Below the pieces are notes generated by a model. That model did not search any database and had not been told where the DNA came from. It worked only from the letters and a program-made list of their open reading frames with translations. This document shows, piece by piece, positions 29,601-41,600 of a stretch of DNA of 64,000 bases. The position numbers were made by a program, and so were the translations under genes. This DNA comes from Callorhinchus milii (taxonomy: Eukaryota): contig NW_024704743.1 of assembly GCF_018977255.1 (NCBI RefSeq), positions 65,350,001 to 65,414,000 on the forward strand, given 5' to 3'. The stretch's first letter is position 1. Every line of letters begins with the position of its first letter.

Positions 29601-32600
29601 GCAAGGTACAAACAAGCTGTCCTATTTTTGTGGAACTGTATGACAGCCTGAATCTGAACTTCAAGTTGGGAAGAGGAGAAAATAAAAGAGGAAACAAATT
29701 TATAAGAGAATAAAAATATAATGTGGAATTTTTCATTTGCATTTCAAATTGTTCTCTGTTCCTTTACCAATATCTTAGCTCATCATACTGCTTTATTGGC
29801 ATCGGACAGTGCATTTGAATCCTACCTTTCTTGGCAAAACCTTCAGCAATGGGCCCAAGAGGCGTGGAGGAAAAAATACGAGGTGAGTCTTGTGTTACAG
29901 GTCTGTCTGAATCTGAAGATTGGGATGAGAAGGCTTTGCCTGGCTCCTGGTGTGTTCCTTCAACCTTTCCCCCTTTCAATACCAATAAAATGAATGACAT
30001 GTCTAAACCTCTCCTCCTGTTTTTTTGTTGTGCGAGTAGTTAAGTGAGGTCTCCCTGGACTGAAATGATTCCAAGGAGACATTGTAGCCAGGAAATCAAA
30101 AGCAATGTATGTTTGATCAGCATGTTCCTCATCAATACAATCTTTAAGTTTGGGCTTGACCTCAATATTGCAATCTAAATTTGAATGGAGCGGAGCTGTC
30201 CTAGCTAGCTAGACTCATATTATGAAAGTTATCAGGACTTTCCCCTTCTCGTGTGGGAAGAAGTACCAAGACCCAAACTTTTGAAAGATTTTGGGTGGAT
30301 AAATAGCAAAAGTATATTTCTGTTGAGCTGATGAAGTAAACTCAGGATTGACATTCGACTGTAGGAGTTGAGAGAAGGTGAGAAGACATGTTTTTCCAGC
30401 CAGTGTTGATTGGAACATGAAATTCTTTCACGCAATTGTTTATTGAGGGTATATTTTCTTAATGGGGAGAAATTAAGAACTGAGGATGAGCAAAGAGATT
30501 TTGGGTGTCCATATCCACAAATCACTAAAAACTAGTTACCAGGTGCAAAAAGTAATCAAAAGGCGAATGGAATGTTGGCCTTTTTCTCAAGGGGCCTGGA
30601 ATACAAGGGGAAGAAATGATGCTTCAGCTGTATAGAGAGGTAGTCAGATCCCCACCTGGAGTACTGCATTCAGTTTTGGGCACCACTCCTCAGGAAAGAT
30701 ATATTGGTCCTGATTTGAGGATATGGACACCCAAATCTCTTTGCTCCTCCACAGTTCTTAATTTCTCCTGTGCTGCGGGTGAGCGCAGGTTCACCAGAAT
30801 GTTTCCAAGCCTAAAAGGGTTAAGTTACGAGGAAAGGCTGCGTAAACTTGGATTGTTTGCCCTTGAGTTTAGAACGTTGAGGGGTGATTTGATTGAGGTA
30901 TTTAAGATGATAAAGGGATTTGATAGGGAAGATACAGAGAAGCTATTTCCTCTGGTGGAGGAATCCAAAACAAGGGGCATAGTCTTAAAATTAGTACCAG
31001 GTCATTTCAGAGTGAAATCGGGAAGCATTTTTTCACTCAAAGGGTGGTAGAAATCTGGAATTCTCTGCCCCAAAAGGCCGTGGATCCTGGATCCATCCCC
31101 ACCTTCAAGAGTGAGGTTGATAGATTTTTGGTAGGTCAGGGTATTAAGGGATTATAGGAAGAAAGCGGGAAATTGGAATTGAAAGGATTAGTTGAGGTAC
31201 AGATCAACCATGATCTAATTAAATGGTGGAACAGACTTGAAGGACTGAATGGTCTACTCCTGTTTCTATGTTCCTATGTTCCTAAAATCATAACAGGATT
31301 AAAAAATGATAGGTATTTGAAGAGAAGCATTTTTTGTGAAAAGGTTACAGGGAAAGAGCACAGATTTGGGATTACAATACAGTATGTAGGTGTAGTGGAG
31401 GAGCATTAACTCAATTGTCAAATTGCCTCCTTCTGTACAGAAATATCTATGATCCAAATACAATAACTCTAATCCTGATGTTCTTAGTAAATATGAACAA
31501 TCTAGCCCAATCCCAATAGGTTGCCCCGAGGCTCTGGAACTCTGTCCCCCAGTGCCTTCGCCGCCTCCTCCCTTTCCTCCTTCAAGGCCGGTCTCAAGAC
31601 CTTTCTCTTTGACCGTGCCTTCAGCTCCCCTCTCAACTCTCTACCCCTTCCTCACTCCCTCCCTTCCCTCCCCTCACCCTGACCATGTCCCCCCTGCTCG
31701 GGTCCTGACCCAACTGCACAGCGCCTTGGGACGTCCTCCCGACATGAAAGGCGCTCTATAAATGGAATCTTATTGTTGTTATTGTTGTTGTTTGTACATT
31801 TTGTCATCAGTTTAAAAGCAACATTTCAGTTTTGAAACTGATAATAAATGACTACCCCAAATAACCGTGTGTTTGCCTTTGCTCAGCGTGGTTTACTGGA
31901 GTCACGAGTTCTCAGTATTCACTCGGAGCACTGCACTGAAACCAGCATCAAAGGGGTTCGCCCATCATCGCCAGCCAGCTCCAGTGGATTTGAGGATTGC
32001 AGCTTCCCAGAAAACACCAAGGCAGGACTGAAGGATCCCAAACACAGCCCCAGTGACCTGCACTCAGATTACTCATCAGGTAGCAAAGAGCAACAGAATA
32101 AAAATCAACTCACAAACCAACATTTTGCTATTGGCAGGCCCGCAGGGGTTACCCACCCATGGTCATTGGTACAGCTCCTTGTTCTGTCACTTCTTCTGGA
32201 ATCCTTTTCAAACATTCAATTCCGACTTAGAGTGTTTTCATCTTTTTTTGTTTCCCGCCACCTCAACTTGTTTTTTTTAAAAACATATTTGTTTAGTTTT
32301 TTCCTTCTCATGAGATTGTCTTTTCACCTGCTCTCAGACCTGTGCCAGTAATGATCTTGGATCATTACGTTTCTAAGGGTGGCCGGAGCTCCCTTTCCTT
32401 CCATGCCTGGAACTTGCCTCTACAAGGGTGTGCTACAAGTAGCGACCATCCACTTTTAAGTGCTTCCTCCCAAACTGAACGATAACAGCAACCTGCATTT
32501 CTGGAGTGCGCTTCATGCAGGATAGCATCTCGGAGTGTCTTGAACCTCGGTGAATGGTGCTGTATAATTCACAGTGACACCACTTTATAGTATATCCTGT

Positions 32601-35600
32601 GAAGCGCTTTGAGAAATCTTGATGACATGGCATATCAAATGCAAGGATTATTATTATTACAGTGAAACTCGGATAACTCATCACCGAAAGGGAAATAGCT
32701 CAAATTACAACTTGACAAGTTATCAGAGACATCAGAGTTGGCAAGTTATCCAAAGTATCATTGCTATTAGTCATACTGTATATGGGCCACTCTGTAGCAG
32801 TGCTTTATTTAATAATTAGCTTGGCCACTGATACATAAACATTTTACTGTGCAATATACATATATACTGTATCAGACATTGAAGACACTGATTTGAATAC
32901 CCAATACACAGCATAAGATATTTAACTGAATGTAAAATTTATATTGTTATCCTCACCAAACCTTTGTTGGGATACTCAAATTTGCACGGAAAAGAAGCTT
33001 CTAAATTTCTTTACTTTTTTAAATTCAAAATGCTTGCATAAGTCTTTTAAGACATTTATCTCGTACATGAATGCAAGAAACTGAACAACAGAGGTGCATA
33101 TAGGATACTGTTAGGATAACTGGTATACTAACTGCATGGATACAAACTGCAACTGAGCTGATAACACAATACACTGCGAAAAGACCATCTAATCATTAAG
33201 TGTAGTCCTGGGCACTTTATTTTTTGCAACTGCGGAATTGCTTTGTCCATTGACAAGTTATCAGAGGTATTTTACATGGAAACACTGTCTTAAAAGTGCG
33301 AAAACCTGATGAATTATGAGATATGCAGGGTGACTAGTTATCAGAGGATCATAATTAACATTTCTTACGTACATAGCTGGGATATTGAGTGAGTGACAAA
33401 TAATGTGGAATTGATCATTTATCTCAGGGGTGAGTTATCAAGAGTTTCACTGTATATAATTATTATTATTATAAGTGTGAATTGTTTGAGGGGCAAAATG
33501 GTTTCTCCCTAGGCTGTAATTTCTGTGGGGTGAAAACTGTTCTATGTAATAGTTTTGATATGTCTGAAAACTTTGATTCAAACCAATTCAGAAAGTCTTT
33601 GCTGACAAAAACAAAAATGACAACATTCAAACTCTTCAGCCATCTTCTGAGCAGACCATTATGTTAAATATGGAAGAGTGGGGACAAGGATGGGCTATCG
33701 TCACCATCAAAATACTTCTGAATTAAAAACAGTTTTCGCTAATTTAGATCACAGTTTTCAACAACGTGATAATTATCTCATCATATTTGGGAGTTTCACT
33801 CAAATCCACATTATCCCAAATAATTTTCTTTCCATGCATTTAAATGAACCGCCAGGAAAACAGACACAGTGAGTATTTTTCTGTTTGATTTTCAACTTCA
33901 TTTGTTCTTCTTTGATTGATGTTTCCAGAGCCCAGCAGTTTGATTGAACAGCCAGTGGCTATTGGTGCCAGGCATTTTCTTCCATCGTGGTGCTATAATT
34001 TGGCGTGGATTGTCTGTTTTCTAATTGCTCTGGTGTGTGTGGTAACAACTAGTTTGGTTGGATTGAGGTAAGAAGCACTGAAGTCTGCGGACTAAACATT
34101 TCAGGTTGTCACATTTACAATCTGAGTTTTTAGATTGAAGGCAATGTTGTAGCAATTCGTCTTGTTATTTACAGATTTGGACCAACCAAATGTATCTTGT
34201 GGTTACATTCGTTGCTCTTCTCCCTGTTGTATTGCTTCTTTGTCATCCAGCCGACGACAGTAAGTTGCATGAAACTCACGCAAGACACTAAAGTGCACAG
34301 AAATGTGATATTGAACACTGCGTCTCCTTTAATAACTATGGTTACCTCCCCCTTTCCCTCGGTCGGTGTCCAACGCCACTTTATGCGCAATTGGCTGCCG
34401 TGTTTCACCCACAAATATACAGTCAATTCACTTTACGGTATATTCTGTGAAGTGCTTTGAGACGTTTAGAATACTTGAAAAGCACTATGTCAAATGCAAG
34501 GATTATTATTATTATTGTGAAGTGCTCTGAGACACTGTCCTGTGCGAAGGGTGCTATAGAAAAGCAAGTTGTTGTTGGCTGTTAGTGCCTAGTATAAATG
34601 CCATTGTGGCAGTGGTTTACCAGAGACAAATTTCAGGCTGCTCACATCAGATCATGTGAGACACCAGACCAAATCATCAAGACCCTCATCCACACTGTCT
34701 TCTTGTCCAAGCTTGATTACGCTAATGCCCTGTTTGCTGTTCTCCCCCGTTCTTCCCTATACCAGTCTATAGACTATCCAGAATTCTGTAGCCCATGTTG
34801 TCTCCAGGCTCCATGAGTCTATCAACCCCATCTTTGCTTGTCTTTCCATCCTCCAGCAGATTGAATTCACGATCCTCGTTCTCACCTTCAAATCTCTCCA
34901 TGGTCTCGCCCCACCCTACCTCCACCGCCTCCAACAAACCTACTGACCAGATGGCTCCCTTTGCTCAGCAAGCACTGGGTTGCTTCAAGTCCCCTGCTTT
35001 AGCTACCCACTATCAACACCATCACCAACAACAAATTACATTCATATTGCGCCTTTCACGTCAGCACCTTGGGATGTCCTCCCGACGTGAAAGGCACTAT
35101 ACAGATGTAATTTTGCTGTTGTTGTTTCACATCGGGAGAATGTCCCAAGGTGCTGAACCATCAGGTGGCAGGATTTAAACCATTCTACCCACACTCTCTG
35201 TCCTTCTGATTCACTCTCTCCCTCACTTCATTCAAAGTACATTTCAAAACAAATTCTTTTTATATGCTTCAGATCAATGTCCCCATCCCCTTCCAGCACT
35301 GTTAAGAGCTTTGAGACATCCCCCAGATGTAAATTATATTATGTTGTATTGTGTCATCTGTCATCTTCCAGAATAAAATGTCATTGTAAAATGTGCCTGA
35401 CCTTGTTTCATCCCAAATTTTTCCACGTGTTGGGCAGGAATCCCACTTTTTGATGATGCCTCAATCTCCATAGAATTTAAGACCGATAGAAATATACAGC
35501 AAATTAGGCCCATTTTGGTGAATTTGTCAGCCCATTTTGGTGGGTTTGTTGTTTGCTCTACCAAGACGCCAAATATCTTATTCCCACCGATCTTTCCTTA

Positions 35601-38600
35601 AACCCTTTAATACTCAATATAGTCGCCATCCTTTTAGGCCTTGAGGGAGCATCAAGAAATGTCCTGCCAAACACCCGCACCAGTCCATGCCATATCAATA
35701 CCTTATTTTCAGAAGAAAAATGCAAATAAAGAAAAATTTATTCGGTTGGCTGACCTTAAAGGTTGGCGACCACTGGCTTAAGGCAATGCCATTATTGCAT
35801 TGCAGTCAATGTCATTGTATTTGTTGCATTGCTATTTTCAATCAGCATTTTCATCTTTGTATTTCAGTGCATGCATTTTCAGAGATGAAACACCAAACTG
35901 CCATTTTCTGCAGTGTGTGCCCAATAAAGGGCCAAAATTGTGGCATTTCTAAACATATTGTATTACTTAATCACCAGGGATGAGTAAATAATTTATCAAT
36001 GGGAATATTGCCCTTAATAATACGTTTTAGACTGAACACCCCCTGACTTTGGGAAAATGATTCCTCCCTCAGGTTTTCCACAGTCAAATTGCCCACTTTC
36101 TTTTTAAAAAAAGCAAAAGTATTTTTGATTCTCAGCCGCTAGTGCAGCTTTTAAACTTTTACCTTTAAAATAATTTTTAGTCCACATCTGGCAAAGAACA
36201 ACAATAACTTGCATTTATATAGCGCCCTTCACGCCGGATAGCATCTTGGAGCGCTTACAATCCACGCTTCTGCAGCTCAATTAATTGTTCCTTGATCCCT
36301 TAACACAAAGTACATTTTCTGCAGAAATGTATCTCGTGAGCTCAGGAACATTTTATGTCCTCTAAAAAATTTATGTGTTGTCTTGTTATCTCAGCCTGGC
36401 TCTTCATGGCTCTTTGTGAGACATTGGCATGCATAAATTGACCTACAAAGATAGCCACTGCACTTTACAGTGAATCTGTGAAGTGCTTTGAGACATCCTC
36501 CTGAAGTGAAAAACACTGTATCAAACGCAAATAATATTACAATTATTATTATCCCTCTCCAGATCTTATGTATAGCTACAATAATTGCACTGAAAAACAA
36601 GGACTGCAGTGACTTTTACACCAGTTCCATCGATCCAAGGTCTACAATAGAGTCCTACAAGCAATGGAGTTCTGAAGCAAGGTTTCTAACGGACAAATGC
36701 CTAATAGACGCCTATTACAATCCATACATTGCTCCCATGGATATTGACTGGGTAAAGTATGTTTGTTACTCAGGACTGGTGCTCATTTCATGCAACTCAA
36801 GTTTCATTGGGGCAAATTTCTGGTATTTCTTAATGCATTTCATGACAAATAATTTGTTTATAACTTCACATGGAATCTTAACTCAGCAAACTTGCTCAGG
36901 TAAAACACTTGATATAGAAATACAATCACATTCCTCATCTATATTAGGAAATTGACCATATAAGGTCAATTTTCTGTTTTTTTAAAAATCGACAATGCAT
37001 TCCTCTTTCGAATGGTGGTGCTAGTAACAAATTTGAGATTTCTTAAATTTCTCATAGTTTTTGGTGTTAATTATGATAAGAAATGCATTGAGTAATGCTG
37101 CAAATTTTGCCCTTTGTTTCTGTCTTGGAACAATGTACTCACTTAAACTTCTTCGTCACAACCATCATCATTTTAGTTTAAATAATAAAATGAAATGATT
37201 CATTTCAATTCGATTCACCACAAGGAACTTTTTTGGGGGACGGGGAGGATCAGTAATTCAGAGTCAAAAATAAATTGAGAGATAATTTACAATCCAAGTT
37301 AAATTTATTCAGCGCCTTTCATGCTGGGAGGACATCTCAAGGCAATTCACAGCACTGTCATAACAATCGCAACTCAGAGCTTGAGGTTGGTTGATCTCAA
37401 AGGGTCACTGAAAGGTTGATAGATGGGAATTGGGTCAATGTATTGAGGGTCTTTAATAATGAATCCCTGGAATTCCTTTGTGAAAGTAGATTGCGTTAGG
37501 AGTTCCAGTGAGTTTACATAACAATTTCCTTCTGGTGATCTTTTCTGGTCATTAAAAGGTGTCACTATTTGTAGAATTCAGATTCCTTATTAGGGAATCC
37601 TGTAAAGCGAAAACACAACTTAGACCCCATTTACAAAGTAGGATAGACAGAGCCACAATGTATACGTGGCTCACTATATTTTAGTACATGGTGATGTGAT
37701 ACAAGTTCACACACACACACACACACACACACAAACAAACACAGACACACACACAAACTCCTCAACCTTCCTGGGCTCTCACTTAGACTCACCAAACCTG
37801 TGCGCAATCTAGGCGTCAGGTTCGATCCCCAGCTTTTCCTTCTACCACACATCCATTCCCTGACCAGGACCTCTTTTTTCCACCTCTGCTACATTGCCCG
37901 CCTCCGTCCTTACCTCACACCCACATCAGCCAAAACGCTCGTCCAAGCATTGTCACTTTCCGGCTGGACTTTTCAAATGCCCTCCTCGCTGGTCTCCCCA
38001 GTTCTACCTTATATAAAATTTAATTAATTCAGAACTCCTCCGTTCGGATACTCACCCGCATAAACTCTGGATCCCCATCACACCAGACCTTGCCAGGCTG
38101 CACTGGCTCCAATTTCCAAACAGATCGACTTCAAGATCCTCTCTCATTTTCAAATCCCTTCACGCCCTCGCATCTCCCTACCTTTCTCATCTGCTCACCC
38201 TCTACTATAATAATAATAATCCTTGCATTTGATATAGTGCTTTTCACGTCTTCTCGACGTCTCAAAGCGCTTCACAGAATATACTGTAAAGTGAATTGAC
38301 CGTATATCTGTGGGCGAAACGCGGCAGCCAATTGCACACAGCAGTGTCCCACAAACAGTCATGGATTGAAAATGACCGATTTATTATTGTTTTTATTTTT
38401 GGAGGGATTACTATTAGGCATGTGGAGTAAGGAAACTCCCCCACCCGATGCCTCCACTCGGCCGGCTCCGACCTCCTGTTCATCCCTCACCCCCTCCGCT
38501 TCACCATCGGCGACTGTGCTTTCAGCCATATGCTCTGGAACTTTTTGGAAGGATTATTATAATTATTATCATTTCCTTTTTAAAAAGGCTGTCGTGCATT

Positions 38601-41600
38601 ACAATTAAACAATCTATCAAGTATCTGTCATTTTCCATCATTTTCCGTCAAATCCGTCATTTTCACTTTTCCTCACTCCCCAATCCACCACATAGTGCCT
38701 CGGCTCGACTAGCACCGGCCTCCTGCTCGGCCCTCGCACCCTCCGCCCCATCATCTGAGGTCGTGCTTTTAGCCACTACGCCCAAAACTCTGGAACACTT
38801 TCTCTCAATCTCTCCACCTTGCCCCCTCTCTCTCCTCTTTCAAGTCCCGCTTGAAAACTTTCCTCTTTGACCGTGCTTACGGCCACCTCCCTACTCCGTC
38901 CGGGTTGGAGTCAGGCTCCGACGCTGTTAAGCACTCCAGGACGATATCCGGTGTGAAGGGCACCATATAATTGGAAGTTGTTGTTAGGTCTGACAATTAC
39001 TGGTCACTAAACAAGGTATAGATTATTTGAATAAAGATTGGAAATCAGTCTGGGGCTAGAAATTCCACTTCAGTCGAGGCTTGGACTTTGTTCTTAGCAT
39101 TTTCCATGCAAATGTTAGACAATTCTTAATTCATTTTTAATTGTGAAGTTGGTTTTAAGTTAGCTCTTTTAAGATTTCAACATTAAGGCTGAAGTTTACA
39201 ATTGTCACTTATGCACTAAGAAATAAAGTCTAAGTCAGGACCCAGGTGAACGTTCTCCCCCCACTGAGAGGACTGCATTGGAGGTCGGATGCTCTATAAC
39301 TGACTGTGTGGATGTCTATTCAGATTGTTGCTGCTCGGCAGAGAGCTCGCTATCTGCGTCTGGCTCGTCCTCCTACATCTGCACAGCTCAAGGAAGCTAA
39401 AGATCGTATGAGAAAAGAAACCCTCATTCAACAAACATTGCGGTATTACACCATTTATTCCTTTACAATTTCTATTAATGTTCTGTAATAGATTTGTACC
39501 ATTCAGGAATCACATGTTGGTTATTTTTTCTGGCCTTAATTTCTATTTTGGATTCACCGGGTTTATTTCTGTATTTTTCTTTTCCAGAGAATTTGTCCTC
39601 TACCTTCTAATGCTTGTTCTGCTTCTATTAATAATATTTGGAAAACTCTCCAATGATGAATACTACCTCAACCAGGCCATCCGGGCAGAGTTTACTGGGT
39701 ATGAAACTTTAGATTGTTTCTGCACTCATTTCATGAGCACTGGAGAAGGAATCTCTTTTAAAATAGTATTGTGACATCCACTTAAGTGGTTGGGGAGACA
39801 TCCTTTCTTTAACATCTCAGCTGAAATACAGCACCTCCAATAATCCTCCAATTCTCCCAATATTGCACTGGAATGTCAGCTGGACTTTGCATTAGTCCCT
39901 TCAGATCCACAGATAAGAGTGCTACCAACCAGGTGAATATCCAACAAAATAAACTGAGTTAAGCTGGTATTCCACCATCTGTCACATCTGTTACTGCAAT
40001 CCATGGCTCGCCAGTACAATGGAACTGAACACCAACTTCAGACTCTGCCATTGTGATCAATTCAGGGACGGGGGTCATATCCATGGGCACCAGTCAATTA
40101 ACTAATACATTGGCACGGAAGAATTTATAATGATGTGAGAATTAACAGCTGATAATTATCACCAACATAAATAAACACGTGATAGCTCACAATTTTCACC
40201 ACTAATTGTGAAGATCACCGTGCCAGTCTGTTTCATGCTTTCAACAAAGTTGTGTCCAATCTTACAGCAATGGCAAAATCTCCTTCATGAATGTGAAAAC
40301 AGCTGACGATTGGTGGGTTTGGAGCTTCAGTACTCTGTTACGTGGCCTGTACTGGGACAAGCGGTACAGCGATACAGCAGCAAAAAGACAGGTACCTGGG
40401 ACCCACCTTGAGTCACAAGCTCTGCCAGGGTTAAGCGCTGGGAGACGCAACCCCACATGAAGGGAGCAATATAAATACAATTTGTTGTTATTCCCAGTTA
40501 ACTTTAGTTTTTCTGAATGAACGATTCTTTATGGATGGAGGGGTTGTGGGGGCTGTTGTTGGACTCACAGAGAGGTTGTTGGATTCACACATCCAATTGA
40601 GTACTCATTCCATCTCCAGTCTGGGTTGCATTGTGTTTTGAGGGGACATATTGCAAGTACTGTAGTTAAAAATCATGTGACTTTACCATAGAACATTTTA
40701 AGTTATCGTTTTGACTACTGTTGTGAATATTTCTGAGATGTTAAGTATCACTTACTTCACCCTTGCATCTTTACTTGAGCATGATAATTATGAATAAGTT
40801 GATAATAATTACAAGTATATTGGTTCAGAGTAATCCATGTGTCCATGTGTACCTGGATTAGTTTGAAGATGCTGTTGTGAATGGCAGGGTTTGGCCCAGG
40901 CAGCCTCAGAGTATTATTCCAACCCTGAGTGGATTGTCTGACACTTGCCAGGTCAACCCTGCCCCTTGCCTGGTCAATCCTGCCCCTTGCCTGGTCAATC
41001 CTGCCCCTTGCCTGGTCAATCCTGCCCCTTGCCTGGTCAATCCTGCCCCTTGCCTGGTCAATCCCGCCCCTTGCCTGGTCAGCCCCACCCCTTTACTGGA
41101 CAGTCCTGGCCTTGGACAGGTTGGCTCTACCCCTGGCTGCTCAGTCTCTCCCACTTGTCTGGTCGGTCCCACGCCCTGATGTCATGGTCCAAATATGCTG
41201 CAGTGTGAAAGATCTGGACTGTGAACATTTGCAATACAATGACTGAGGATAACTGTAAGTTTTAACTACAATTTGTAGGCTAGTGCTGTGTGTGGAAAAT
41301 GTTACCTGATTGGTACACCATCACTCAAGAAAATCCAAGTTACAAGCAACTTGTCCTGTGAGGTGAGTGTTTGCTCCCTTATCAGTTATTGTTAGGTTAC
41401 AGTTATAGCATACAATTAATAACTGACCTCTATTGTACATGAACATGTGAACACTTTAACTTTTTTTTTACACTGGACTTATACTGTGAAGAAGCTCTTG
41501 TTTAACACGAAGAGTAAGTTTGTGTAAAATTCGCTCTGATTTACAAAGTGTATGTAGGATGGTAACAGCTTATTATCATAACTCTTGGATGCCATTTTCA

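Noticed and set aside
29220..29690. Old repeat-like segment with weak similarity to 5350-5480, 13430-13700 and 52590-52800
   Set aside because: Too diverged to define boundaries or family by eye.
40877..41246. Overlapping ORFs with 7-aa repeats, or a possible CRISPR-like array
   Set aside because: Product of a 21-bp minisatellite with no spacers; w32 splices to w33 in frame without it.
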